Virus record (IMG/VR): IMGVR_UViG_3300028676_000005
Span: 1 to 64,000 of that record
Length of the DNA stretch: 64,000 nt
Reading direction: 5' to 3' (one strand)
Below, one piece after another: positions 34,919-44,612 of the stretch. Each line of letters starts with the position of its first letter. The stretch's first letter is position 1. The position numbers and the translations under genes were made by a program. The notes under the pieces are model-generated. The model saw only the letters and a list, made by a program, of their open reading frames with translations, had not been told where the DNA came from and ran no database searches.

Positions 34919-35416
34919 TCACTCGTTGTCTACGTAGGACATGTCTTTGAACAGTTCGTCACCAACGCTCAGACGAGCAATGGTTTTGCAGGTGTCGTGC
35001 AGACCAACGGCATTGTCCATGTCCATGGTGAATTCGACGTCTACTGCTTTACCAGTATCAGTGATTGAGAGCTTGCCGCTTTCGTCACCGTTGGTGTAGT
35101 AGATTTCAACATTGTCCACTTTCTGAACACTGTTGTACTCACGGCTCCAGGCCATGTCGTTGGTTTTCTTTACAACCGAATAAGTGGGAGTGTCCAGCTC
35201 TACCCCGTAATCCAGAATGAAATCGTGTCCATCAGCCAGTACAACCTGGAGCGTGCGACCGGTTTCGGTTTCACACTTGAGGATGGTTTTTGGACTTTCG
35301 AATTCGACTTTGGCAGCTGGTGCTGCTTGGACTTTGGAGACATAGCTCACAGCTCCCAGAGCGCTACCCACCAGAGCTGCGCCGATGATGAACATAACAA
35401 GATTAGATTTTTTCAT
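34919..35416 (-). CDS. Secreted/periplasmic hypothetical protein
   Basis: Start MKKSNLV at 35416 (GGAG RBS); signal peptide ending VQA; two Cys. Confidence 0.7.
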   Translation of the reverse strand: MKKSNLVMFIIGAALVGSALGAVSYVSKVQAAPAAKVEFESPKTILKCETETGRTLQVVLADGHDFILDYGVELDTPTYSVVKKTNDMAWSREYNSVQKVDNVEIYYTNGDESGKLSITDTGKAVDVEFTMDMDNAVGLHDTCKTIARLSVGDELFKDMSYVDNE

Positions 35417-35464
35417 GATAAAGCTCCACTGTAATAATGAAAACCCAGTACGCAATTGTCTGGG

Positions 35465-35902
35465 TTATTTGTTCATTGCCAAATACATCTTGTCTAAGAA
35501 AATCCCAATGTTTTCTTTGACGTTATAATCTGTTACCACTAGCGAGAACTGAGCAATGCTCAAGTAGCTCCCACCAAGCAGACGGTCTAACAATTGGTTG
35601 GCGTTATAACGCAACCGGAAGGAACCGTTCTTTTCAGGAGGGTAACCTTCGAATACAATCACGGTATCCATCGGAGTACCCACCAGGATACACCTACGAC
35701 CGCTGTCAGGGCACGATGAGCGAGATACCTCACCAATCTTCAGGTTAGCGTTAACAGCACCCGACAGACCACCAGACTCATCTTGCCAGCTTGAGTCAAA
35801 CACGACTACGCTTGAAATGTTTTTATAAGCGCTTTCAAAACGTTGACGCAGTTCTAATGTATGATCCACGAGTACCATCTTCCGCTCCTTTGCCTGAGGC
35901 AT
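35465..35902 (-). CDS. Hypothetical protein
   Basis: 145-aa ORF directly after an early promoter motif. Confidence 0.75.
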   Translation of the reverse strand: MPQAKERKMVLVDHTLELRQRFESAYKNISSVVVFDSSWQDESGGLSGAVNANLKIGEVSRSSCPDSGRRCILVGTPMDTVIVFEGYPPEKNGSFRLRYNANQLLDRLLGGSYLSIAQFSLVVTDYNVKENIGIFLDKMYLAMNK

Positions 35903-35931
35903 ATTAGTTTAAATTGACCTTACTCATCAAA

Positions 35932-35940
35932 GTAATATAG
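35932..35940 (-). promoter_or_regulatory. Early promoter motif CTATATTAC
   Basis: Exact copy, 30 bp upstream of the 145-aa ORF. Confidence 0.7.
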
Positions 35941-35976
35941 ACCTGAACGTCGCTAGGAATTAAAAACAAAATAGAT

Positions 35977-36012
35977 TAATTACCTCTAGCCCTTACAGGC
36001 TAGAGGTAATTA
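35977..36012 (-). terminator. Terminator hairpin
   Basis: 15-bp stem TAATTACCTCTAGCC / GGCTAGAGGTAATTA. Confidence 0.75.
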
Positions 36013-36021
36013 TTTAGAAGA

Positions 36022-36663
36022 TTACCGGATAATCATTCTTTTCTTGCTACCAATTGTTACTTTGTTTACACCAGACACAACAACTTCACCACCAACCGGA
36101 TAAAGCATCAGATGAGAAACACTCGCAGCATACTTCTTAAAGTTATCTTTAAAGTCATCTCGTTTAACGGCTTTAAAGAAATTCTCTTCAAGGGTGCCTT
36201 GTGCATTTTTGATCTGTAAAAGCAGCTTGCTATGATCGTTACCGTATTCACCCCATTTGATCTTTTCAGCAAGGATGAACGCAAACCACTCTTTTAACAA
36301 TTTAGGGTCATCATCAACCCAGTTATTGTCAGCAACAAACTTATCCAAAGCGGCAATCTCGCGAGGAGACTCAACAACCTCATAAAGACTTTTGCTAGGG
36401 ATTTTGCTTGCGTCTACTTTGTACTCATACAACTCACTGCCAGCAAACCAAACCGGATGGTCATGCCCATAAAGAACATGAAGAATTTCCGAAGGGATCG
36501 GTTCAAAGAAGAACGAGAGGTGATCTACGTACAACGCACCAGGCTGAAGGATACGTACTGCTTGAGTTTGAGCTTTACGTATTTCTTCAGCTGTGGCGGC
36601 CCCTCGCCTACGCTTTGTTTGCAACGTGTCAAACAACAACGGTGAATAATGGTAAATGAACAT
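36022..36663 (-). CDS. Hypothetical protein (possible ADP-ribosyltransferase-like fold)
   Basis: 213 aa; N-terminal YHYS strand and a later HLSFF strand. The fold call is weak. Confidence 0.6.
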   Translation of the reverse strand: MFIYHYSPLLFDTLQTKRRRGAATAEEIRKAQTQAVRILQPGALYVDHLSFFFEPIPSEILHVLYGHDHPVWFAGSELYEYKVDASKIPSKSLYEVVESPREIAALDKFVADNNWVDDDPKLLKEWFAFILAEKIKWGEYGNDHSKLLLQIKNAQGTLEENFFKAVKRDDFKDNFKKYAASVSHLMLYPVGGEVVVSGVNKVTIGSKKRMIIR

Positions 36664-36684
36664 TGCCCACCCACTTATTTATTT

Positions 36685-37449
36685 TTAAAGGCCTTTGTTT
36701 GACACGTACCCGGGAATAATCCGGCTAAGCGCAGAAGAATCCTGATAGAACTCACCCAAACGTTTATCAGCTTCTACAACAAATTGCTCCAAATTAATGG
36801 AGCGTTTTGGGATTTCCAGATTATCTCGGATTTCCACAAGCAAGGGAACTACCTGCTCAAAGACCCCTTCTTTACTGTCTTCAGCATCAACCATCCAGTG
36901 AGCTTTTGGATTTTCTTCAGTAGTGCGTTCAAACTCGAACTGAAGACGATCTTGATAGTCAATGTTTTTTGCATCGAATTGGTCTGTCAGCTTTTCAGCG
37001 TCGGACACACGCGCATTAAACACTTCGGCATCACCGTGCATCACAATAGTCTTGTCTGGCATCAACCCAATTGCATGATGATGCAGCTGCTCCAATGTAA
37101 ACCTGGATAGTCGTTCACCGGCGCCCTGGTAAGCGTACGTAGTCAACACATAACGATCACAGAGAACAACTTTGCCAGCTTCAAGGGCTGACTTGATAAC
37201 AGTCTCTACGTGTTGTACACGAGCGGTCATGTACAACATTGCATTTGCCAACGGTGTTAACTTCTCACCATTTACAATGCCACTCCGACAGAGAACACGA
37301 AGCTCACTAGCCGCAGGAGTGCCACCAGGTTCATGCGTACGAATGTAGTCAACATTGTTTTCTTTGAGCCACTGCTCGATTGAGTCACACAAAGAAGTCT
37401 TGCCACTGCCACCGATACCCTCTACTACAAGAAAATAACCTTTATACAT
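36685..37449 (-). CDS. tmk: Thymidylate kinase
   Basis: P-loop VEGIGGSGKTS, HEPGGT, CDRY...AYQG, PDKTI motifs. Confidence 0.93.
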   Translation of the reverse strand: MYKGYFLVVEGIGGSGKTSLCDSIEQWLKENNVDYIRTHEPGGTPAASELRVLCRSGIVNGEKLTPLANAMLYMTARVQHVETVIKSALEAGKVVLCDRYVLTTYAYQGAGERLSRFTLEQLHHHAIGLMPDKTIVMHGDAEVFNARVSDAEKLTDQFDAKNIDYQDRLQFEFERTTEENPKAHWMVDAEDSKEGVFEQVVPLLVEIRDNLEIPKRSINLEQFVVEADKRLGEFYQDSSALSRIIPGYVSNKGL

Positions 37450-38581
37450 CTCTATCCCCTAAAAAACGTTCAGCAACATTTTGTCTCAGAGCAACAGAAA
37501 CTGTAGGCCTGTCTTCTGAGATCCGTTCGCCAACTTGTTCATCTTCGGCAACAATAACATCGCCTTTTACAGAAGATGGGTGGTCTTCAAGGATGGGCTC
37601 TTCTACAACTGGGGGCGTTGGCCATTCAAAACGACTTGCTGCGCTATACAGCTCTTTTACTGCATTTTTAAAATTGTCTTTAAGGACTGTAAGCCGCGAT
37701 TCGTAAATAAAGTTTTCACGAGCATCAATAAACGGCTGATCATTAACAAGGTTAATAAGAAATTGCGCCTCTCGTGGCAAGTTCAAATCTTTCCAAGTAA
37801 CCATTTTCAGCAAACGCTTTACAAAGAAACCAAGATCAGTTTCTTCTATTTGCAAAGTGTACTTTTCTTCAATTGGTATCTTCGCATCCACATACTCTTG
37901 TTTTTTGTTGTCGAATGGTGTGTGGATTACCCAAGAGTTTTCTTCTTCATACTTGCACCACCCATTAGGAATAATGAATGGTTCAAGAGCCGGGTCTAAT
38001 TTACTCCAGACTTGTTGTTTGGTCATTTCCCACAATGGGGCGCGGAAAGGAATTGCCAAACGATCGGAGTTAGAAAGGCGACCCAAGGTTACGGGCAGCT
38101 TTAGAAACTCTTGGTACTCGGCTGCACTGAAATCGTAATCATCGTAACTTACATCAGATGAGTCTTCTTTAAGCCAACCGATTAACACCGTAGGGGATTC
38201 AACACCTCTAGAGTGTGCAACCAAAGCAGAACGCAGTTTAGTTAATGCCATAACTACTGAAATCTGTTGGTTAATATTGTTTGCCTGGCGGTTTTGCGTC
38301 TCGCCATGATATCCGTTACTGTGAAGCACATTTAAATAAGGCTTGGCAAGATAATAGAGAACTTCTACAATCTCACCAGGATATTGCTTTTTATCTAAAT
38401 CTTTAGAACGGAAGTAATCAAGAGTTTTGTTCATAGACAAAAGCTCTCCCACACTACCTTCCGCCACACCGGACACGTTGATATACACAACGGTAATCTT
38501 GGCGCGCATGGTCATTGCATGTTGAAGCAAGTAAGTGGACTCAAGACCACCTGAAACTGGGACGATGATATTCAAAGACAT
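37442..38581 (-). CDS. PP-loop (QueC-like) adenine nucleotide alpha hydrolase
   Basis: N-terminal IIVPVSGGLESTYLL, later PLWEMTKQQV as in QueC. The C-terminal Zn-binding Cys cluster is not seen. Confidence 0.6.
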   Translation of the reverse strand: MSLNIIVPVSGGLESTYLLQHAMTMRAKITVVYINVSGVAEGSVGELLSMNKTLDYFRSKDLDKKQYPGEIVEVLYYLAKPYLNVLHSNGYHGETQNRQANNINQQISVVMALTKLRSALVAHSRGVESPTVLIGWLKEDSSDVSYDDYDFSAAEYQEFLKLPVTLGRLSNSDRLAIPFRAPLWEMTKQQVWSKLDPALEPFIIPNGWCKYEEENSWVIHTPFDNKKQEYVDAKIPIEEKYTLQIEETDLGFFVKRLLKMVTWKDLNLPREAQFLINLVNDQPFIDARENFIYESRLTVLKDNFKNAVKELYSAASRFEWPTPPVVEEPILEDHPSSVKGDVIVAEDEQVGERISEDRPTVSVALRQNVAERFLGDRDV

Positions 38582-39430
38582 TTAGTACAACTCCGGGTTG
38601 AGTTTTTCGTCAATCAGACTTATTAGGCTAAAATCGTTTATTAGTTTAGCGCTCCATGGTTCCATGGTAACAAGAGTGTTGCCTTTAATTTTTGCATCCA
38701 GATCCAGATCAGCAAACCGTAATTCATTATTAGCTAATAACGGATCAAGACTGACGGCCATCTGCATGTTGACAATACTTAACAATTGATTATATTTAAA
38801 CCAACCAATGAACTCTTTATCTTCATCAAAATACTTGGGTACGACGTCATAACGAACTTCCACCAAATACGGAAGACAGATATGAGGAGCACCAACATAC
38901 CCTGGCTTTCTAACACCATCGCGCATAAAGCCTAAGACACCATGATGTAAAGGACCGCTGGCCAGGTAGTACTTCAATTCATCATTGATAATACGATGAC
39001 CTGCATTATCGACTACTTCTGGGAAGTCGTGATAGGACAACGGACCACCGCCAATACCAGGTCCTGGGGGTGCTACGAATTTGCTAACGCCTTCAAGATC
39101 GTCAACAAGCACACTACCACTTAAACCAATACTTAAAACTGCACGATCTTTCTTGTTCTGTTTGTACAAAGCAAGTTCAAAGTTACACCCATCAAAGGAC
39201 CGGCCCGGAATACTTCTTAGGACGATCCCATAAGGCACTAGCGGCGCTGCAAAGCCCATAACGCTAAGGTAGTTAGTGTTAACACCGCAAAGCGACATAC
39301 TGGCCACACGGGTGTTAATGTCACTAAACTTAACCAGATCAAAACAGTCGTAAGTTTCACACGAAGTTATCGGAACAATCCTGCCCAGATTACGTTGATC
39401 CAGTGCGTAAACAAAATCTTTCATAATCAC
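38582..39430 (-). CDS. Hypothetical protein
   Basis: 282-aa ORF in a packed operon. Confidence 0.75.
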   Translation of the reverse strand: MIMKDFVYALDQRNLGRIVPITSCETYDCFDLVKFSDINTRVASMSLCGVNTNYLSVMGFAAPLVPYGIVLRSIPGRSFDGCNFELALYKQNKKDRAVLSIGLSGSVLVDDLEGVSKFVAPPGPGIGGGPLSYHDFPEVVDNAGHRIINDELKYYLASGPLHHGVLGFMRDGVRKPGYVGAPHICLPYLVEVRYDVVPKYFDEDKEFIGWFKYNQLLSIVNMQMAVSLDPLLANNELRFADLDLDAKIKGNTLVTMEPWSAKLINDFSLISLIDEKLNPELY

Positions 39431-39645
39431 AAACTCCAGATTCTAAGAATATTGCCAATAAGCAAAATTACGTTTATAAGCAGATACGGCACAACAACTA
39501 CATTGTTGAGTACAACACCAAAGGCAATCGGGTCCCATCGGGAAAGAACCAGTCTAGCTCCAGCGATCTTTAAAAGATCTTTGTGGAAGTAGATTGTTAA
39601 AGTTAAATAAACAACACACAAGGCAACAATTAATTCAGCAGGCAT
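39427..39645 (-). CDS. Small membrane protein (two transmembrane helices)
   Basis: 72 aa with two hydrophobic segments. Confidence 0.65.
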   Translation of the reverse strand: MPAELIVALCVVYLTLTIYFHKDLLKIAGARLVLSRWDPIAFGVVLNNVVVVPYLLINVILLIGNILRIWSL

Positions 39646-39891
39646 TTATACACCTACTAATTTGTAGATCATCCAACCGTAATAAACCGCACTGCCAAAA
39701 ACAAAGAGCCCGGAGAAGATGGCAAACACGTCAATACCCCGGCCGATGATAATCTTTTTAATACGGTTCTTGTTAGTAATACCAAAGGTGTACGCGTGAA
39801 GGATCATGTTAACACCTTCAGCAAATACAAAGATAGCCAACAACCAAAACACAATAAGTATTGCAGATACAACGCCAGGCCAAATAAGCAT
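39646..39891 (-). CDS. Small membrane protein (two transmembrane helices)
   Basis: 81 aa; two hydrophobic segments separated by a basic loop (KNRIKK). Confidence 0.65.
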   Translation of the reverse strand: MLIWPGVVSAILIVFWLLAIFVFAEGVNMILHAYTFGITNKNRIKKIIIGRGIDVFAIFSGLFVFGSAVYYGWMIYKLVGV

Positions 39892-39965
39892 ATCTAGGTT
39901 TCCTAAAATAAAAATGCGGCATAGAGGCTATCCCCAGTATTACCTGGGGATAGATTCAGGACGGC

Positions 39966-40409
39966 TTAGCCGAACAGCTTGGTGGCCATGTCGATGTTGA
40001 CTTTGTCTTGGTCAGCCAGGTAGTCAGCGTGATCCTGGGAGTGAGCGTACGAGATGGTAGTGGTGCTACCGCCGTAGATGTGCTCGTCGTTACCCAGGTT
40101 TTGTTTTAGGTGGTGTGCGCTGTTCCAGGTGACACCGCCGAATTCGAGCGCGCCGTCGAGCGTGGTCAGCTTGTCATTGTTGCCGAATTCAGTACGGGCG
40201 ATTTCAGCAACGGCATTGCGGAGTTGGCCAGAGGTGTCGTTGATGAACGATACGTGGGTTTGCAGCGAGTCAGCGGTGATGCCTTTTGGGAGTTCCAGCT
40301 TGGATGCGTCAAAGGTGACGGTTGCAGTGGCTTTGTGGAACGTGGCATTGTCTACCAGGTTCTTGGTGCCAGCGCTCATCAACTTAACGTATTCATTGTT
40401 CAAAGACAT
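39966..40409 (-). CDS. Hypothetical protein, probably highly expressed early
   Basis: Start MSLNNEY at 40409 (GAGAG RBS); strong C-ending codon bias; early promoter motif upstream. Confidence 0.75.
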   Translation of the reverse strand: MSLNNEYVKLMSAGTKNLVDNATFHKATATVTFDASKLELPKGITADSLQTHVSFINDTSGQLRNAVAEIARTEFGNNDKLTTLDGALEFGGVTWNSAHHLKQNLGNDEHIYGGSTTTISYAHSQDHADYLADQDKVNIDMATKLFG

Positions 40410-40509
40410 GCGGTTCTCTCTTATCGGGGGATTGAAATTGAGTTTACTTAGACAACAAGGAAAAGCATGGTACACTTCCCCTCAGGCAATTGCCTGCGTG
40501 GTCATCTAA

Positions 40510-40518
40510 GTAATATAG
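40510..40518 (-). promoter_or_regulatory. Early promoter motif CTATATTAC
   Basis: Exact copy, ~100 bp upstream of 40409. Confidence 0.7.
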
Positions 40519-40525
40519 ACTTGAA

Positions 40526-41212
40526 TTATTCTTGGCGCAAAAGGTTCAGCGGATTGACAACGTGCGGGTCGCCATGCTCGAGCTCACTGCTCAGGTAAGC
40601 AACGATGGCGTTGACCTTGTCGATGTAGAACTGAGGGGTCAGACCCTGCGTGATGATCAGTGCATCAATGAAGTTGATTTCCCGGTCGTACATATCCAGG
40701 ATGTCTTCTTTACTTTCGCTCAGGTCAAAACGACTGGCCAGGTAAGTTACCAGCGCAGTAGCGCGGACCAGACTGTCACCGGAGATTGCTGCTTCAACCA
40801 ACTGGTCATCAAAACCCAGCAGACGAGTTGCCACAGGGCGGAAGAGGTCTTCGTGGCTGGAAATAGGGGAGCCTGCCAAGATGCCAGCAATGGTCTTGGT
40901 AGTGAAGTTTTCACTACTGATGGTGTTCTTTGTCCAGGCCGTGGAACGAATGCCGTCGGCGCTCAGATAGGTCTTGACCACTTTGGAGATGTAAGTGAAG
41001 ATGGCATCAGACTTCAAACTGCCGACAGTGTTGTCTTTGATGAGGTGAGTGCCTTTGGCGGCGTCGTAGGTGCGTTTCCACTCATCCTTGGAAATCTCCA
41101 GGAGTGCTTGCAAAACCACGATAGCGCCGGCAGCTTCACGAAGGGTAGAAACCATTGCGATACCGTCCAGGATGTGAATGTTGCGCTGTTCGGCGATAAA
41201 CTCAGGGGTCAT
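40526..41212 (-). CDS. Hypothetical protein (head-block position, gp174-like location)
   Basis: 228-aa ORF with GGAG RBS. Confidence 0.7.
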   Translation of the reverse strand: MTPEFIAEQRNIHILDGIAMVSTLREAAGAIVVLQALLEISKDEWKRTYDAAKGTHLIKDNTVGSLKSDAIFTYISKVVKTYLSADGIRSTAWTKNTISSENFTTKTIAGILAGSPISSHEDLFRPVATRLLGFDDQLVEAAISGDSLVRATALVTYLASRFDLSESKEDILDMYDREINFIDALIITQGLTPQFYIDKVNAIVAYLSSELEHGDPHVVNPLNLLRQE

Positions 41213-41320
41213 GATGTAACTCCAAACAAAAAGTGATTTGTACCCGGTTTGGGTATACCATTGCTAAGTAGCAAAAATAAACTATAAGCCTAAGGCGGGT
41301 TTCCCCACCTTAGGTACTTA

Positions 41321-42166
41321 TTAGAACACGTTCAATGCGTTAGTGGTTTTCAGCTTGACTGGGTCACTATGACGATACGTCTTTTTCAGTTGCTCGATCA
41401 TGGTTACCAGTTGCTTGTGATCCTCAGTGCCAGCGTAGCGCATCTGGAATGCTTCACGTTGCATCTCACGCTCACAAACGTAGATAGCTTCATCAACGTT
41501 AATGTGCATTTCAGCAGGAGCGGCGTTCAGTTGGTGAGACATGAAGTCTTCCAAACCAGAAGTCCGGTACTTGCATGCTTCCAACATGCCTTGTTCGATC
41601 ACTTTATCGTAGCCAGTGAAGAAATCAACTTCACGAACACGATCACCCATTTTCTGCGGTTTGGTCACAGTACGGATACTGAAAGCGGTATTCATGTCTG
41701 GATCTTCCAGACTGTCTTTCAGAATCTGTGCGTGCACACCAAAAGGACGAACTTCGATCTTGTTGTGTACAGGATCGTTGTCACCACCCGTCATGATCCA
41801 ATGGATCTTCCGGATAGAACCGCACACGTTAGGCTCCAGGATTGTCCGAAGACGATGAATCCACTGGAACACATCAGTGATAGGGGTTTGAACAATACGC
41901 CCGTTAATCCACTCCCAGTAGTACTGTGGAGGGTGGCCCAGTTCACACTGGAGCTGACCTTCACTAATACGACGGTTGAGATCACTGTCAGGGCGCATGC
42001 ACTCTTTCAGATACTGGTTGAAGCGATACTTAATACCGCTCCGGTTCTCGATGTTGAAACCACCCGAGTTAACCAGGTAATAATGCCCACCTGGCTCCAT
42101 CGGTTTGATGATACCCCGAGTGCCGGCATCGAGTACCGTGCTCCCGAAAGTAATGATCTTGCTCAT
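41321..42166 (-). CDS. Prohead (head maturation) serine protease, phiKZ gp175-like
   Basis: CELGHP (His) and AFSIR (Ser) motifs of the T4 gp21/gp175 family; synteny. Confidence 0.85.
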   Translation of the reverse strand: MSKIITFGSTVLDAGTRGIIKPMEPGGHYYLVNSGGFNIENRSGIKYRFNQYLKECMRPDSDLNRRISEGQLQCELGHPPQYYWEWINGRIVQTPITDVFQWIHRLRTILEPNVCGSIRKIHWIMTGGDNDPVHNKIEVRPFGVHAQILKDSLEDPDMNTAFSIRTVTKPQKMGDRVREVDFFTGYDKVIEQGMLEACKYRTSGLEDFMSHQLNAAPAEMHINVDEAIYVCEREMQREAFQMRYAGTEDHKQLVTMIEQLKKTYRHSDPVKLKTTNALNVF

Positions 42167-42894
42167 GTAGGAATACCCCTCATAATCATTTCGTAGTCCG
42201 TTACCTTGTCATCAGGGTTAACAATTGCAGCCAAGGTGTTATCTTGGAGATAACCACTTGTAATCTTGGCAAACGTACCGTCGATCAAAACACTGCCGTT
42301 GTTAAGACCCATGATTAGAGGAGGTCTACCTTCTTTTGCAGCCTCACTATACCGATATGCCTTGAAGGGGTCATCGGGGTCGCGAAACATAATTGAGGTG
42401 AGTACTCGAACAACCTGCAAGCTACTACCAACTTCACTGCCACATTCAGCCTTGGCGTAGTCAAACATACCAAGTACGTCAAGGTGGTTTACATACCAAG
42501 GGATCTTGGCGTAGTAATAAAACTCCAACATGAACGCAAACGGTTTGTTAGGATCTTGGATAACTTCCAAACTGTCAAATACGGTGTCACCCTTTTCAAA
42601 CTCAAGAATCAGATACGGCACACCCTCAATGCTAGCCTCTCGGATGTTCAAAGGAACCAAAGTAATGTCCATCAGGGCGATCAGGGGAGCGTAACTCTCC
42701 CCCGGTATAACCAACCCCAACACGGCAGCGGTATGGACCTTGTCACTAACCGTAGCCATTCCGTTATCAACAAACCGCTTGGGGACGTAAACATCCAGTC
42801 GGCGATTTGCGATAACAGACTTGTCAGGTAGTACCGTGATGGCCCTGCTTCTGAAAGAGGCGCTCTCTTCCCGTTTCAGGCCAAGTGGGTTCAT
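42163..42894 (-). CDS. Virion RNAP-associated subunit candidate (gp176-position)
   Basis: 243 aa immediately upstream of the protease; assignment by synteny and size. Confidence 0.55.
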   Translation of the reverse strand: MNPLGLKREESASFRSRAITVLPDKSVIANRRLDVYVPKRFVDNGMATVSDKVHTAAVLGLVIPGESYAPLIALMDITLVPLNIREASIEGVPYLILEFEKGDTVFDSLEVIQDPNKPFAFMLEFYYYAKIPWYVNHLDVLGMFDYAKAECGSEVGSSLQVVRVLTSIMFRDPDDPFKAYRYSEAAKEGRPPLIMGLNNGSVLIDGTFAKITSGYLQDNTLAAIVNPDDKVTDYEMIMRGIPT

Positions 42895-44423
42895 TCGAGA
42901 GAGATCCCCACAATGAGGTTAATGACAGCTACGTGGAGGCGCTGACGCTGGTCCACAATGTTGTCTTCACCAGACTGAGTGATAAAGGTATCTTCCAGCA
43001 ACTGAGCAGCTAACGTGCAGTTAAGTGCACGCAAGAACAGAGGTACCAGACGAGAAGACATGATCACATCAGTCAGCGTGGCGCCGATTTCTTCTTCGGA
43101 GCTGATTGCGTCGCTGGTACCAACTTTCAGTGCAACCACTTGGTTGTAGCACTGCTCCAGCTCTGCGCCAAAGGTCGACGTCACCCAGGTCTTCAACAGA
43201 GTACCGCGATTACCACGGATCTCGGCAGAACGCTCTGCGACCAGTTCATTGCTCGAGATGTATTCGACAATAGCGTCGATACCCATCTTCACAAAAACCT
43301 TGTAGCCGAGGCTCTGGAGCTTTTCGTGAACGTAGTTGTAGTACGCACCACACTCTGCCTGGAAGCGACCTGGATCGTTGATCACGTCATTGATAGTGGC
43401 GTTTCCACCACGCAGACGGTTCCAGTAGTAACCCAAGATTACTTCAGTAATCGAGTTGCCACCAGAGGTAACCTTTTCCAGGTAAGCATCGGTGTAGTAG
43501 ACCGTCGCTTCAACGTCGATCAGCATGACACCCGATTCGTGCTCTTCCTTGGATTCTAGCAAACGAGGAGGGCGAACCTCAGTCAACACCAGCTCACGCT
43601 CTTGGTATTGCTTGATAACGCTGCGCAGCTTAATGATGTAACGAGTCAGACCCTTCCACAGGAAGTTTACGTACTCGCGATAATCAGACAGCTGACCTTG
43701 TTTGAGCCACGGCACTGGAGCAGTAGAGCCGTACATGCGGGTCAGGATCACGTAGATCTTGAGCAGCAGCTCGGAGTTGGTGGATTTCAGCTGATTGAAG
43801 TTGAACACGTTGTTGTTGTTAACCAACATGCTTTTCAGTGAGTCCAGGTTACCGATCACTTCAGCTGCCGAACTGGCGGTGTGGTCACGATCGCGCAGAA
43901 CTTCAACAATGTCTGGATACGTGCTGCCAACAAACTCAGTTACCTGATCGCTAGTTGGATAGTCGAAAGTCAACTTGCTCAACACGCTCAGATCAATTGC
44001 GTCGTAGCTGTAACCGTCGTTCTCAAAGGAAGTAGGAAACAGGTCAGAAGAAAAGAACTGATCGTCCAACGAAGTAAACGACGGACCGAAGTAACGGCCG
44101 GCAATGCGACTCAGTTGGCTACGGTTATAAACAACCGCGATACGTTGGCTGAGCAGCGATGCAAACGGTTTACCGAAAGAACTGATGTTCTCCATGGACT
44201 CGGTAATGATCTCTGCCAGGCGGGTGCTAGAAGCGCCCATGTAGGCAGTGTGCTCATTATTGTCGCTGGTCGTAACGGCAACGATTTCTTTCCGGTAGTT
44301 ATCCGAATAAGGAACCATGCCAAACGACTCGCCGTTGAGCCCCTCGATAATGTCCGTTGGATGTACTTCGGGATTGGTAACCGCGATCAGCTCTGCCAGG
44401 GCAATGCTAGATGGACGAATCAT
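42891..44423 (-). CDS. Virion head protein (gp177-position)
   Basis: 510 aa; synteny only. Confidence 0.6.
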   Translation of the reverse strand: MIRPSSIALAELIAVTNPEVHPTDIIEGLNGESFGMVPYSDNYRKEIVAVTTSDNNEHTAYMGASSTRLAEIITESMENISSFGKPFASLLSQRIAVVYNRSQLSRIAGRYFGPSFTSLDDQFFSSDLFPTSFENDGYSYDAIDLSVLSKLTFDYPTSDQVTEFVGSTYPDIVEVLRDRDHTASSAAEVIGNLDSLKSMLVNNNNVFNFNQLKSTNSELLLKIYVILTRMYGSTAPVPWLKQGQLSDYREYVNFLWKGLTRYIIKLRSVIKQYQERELVLTEVRPPRLLESKEEHESGVMLIDVEATVYYTDAYLEKVTSGGNSITEVILGYYWNRLRGGNATINDVINDPGRFQAECGAYYNYVHEKLQSLGYKVFVKMGIDAIVEYISSNELVAERSAEIRGNRGTLLKTWVTSTFGAELEQCYNQVVALKVGTSDAISSEEEIGATLTDVIMSSRLVPLFLRALNCTLAAQLLEDTFITQSGEDNIVDQRQRLHVAVINLIVGISLE

Positions 44424-44596
44424 TGCTTAGCCCCTTTCTTGATACGGCGGATGACAGCCTTGCTGATTTGTTCGTCTTGAACAGACTCTTCCAGCGGGGC
44501 AATGTAGGTCAAACCCAACTTAGCAATGGTGTTCTTCACCAGCTCAGTTGTGTTTGCGATGGTGATAACATCACCAATCAATTTATCTTTAGACAT
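44420..44596 (-). CDS. Small hypothetical protein (58 aa, below the ORF-track cut-off)
   Basis: MSKDKLIGDVITIANTTELVKNTIAKLG...KKGAKQ; GGGGAA RBS; ATGA overlap with the next gene. Confidence 0.65.
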   Translation of the reverse strand: MSKDKLIGDVITIANTTELVKNTIAKLGLTYIAPLEESVQDEQISKAVIRRIKKGAKQ

Positions 44597-44612
44597 GAAC
44601 CATTCCCCTGGA

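Noticed and set aside
37442-38581. Complete 7-deazaguanine DNA modification system
   Set aside because: No folE, queD, queE or dpdA genes occur in the window; only a lone QueC-like gene is present.
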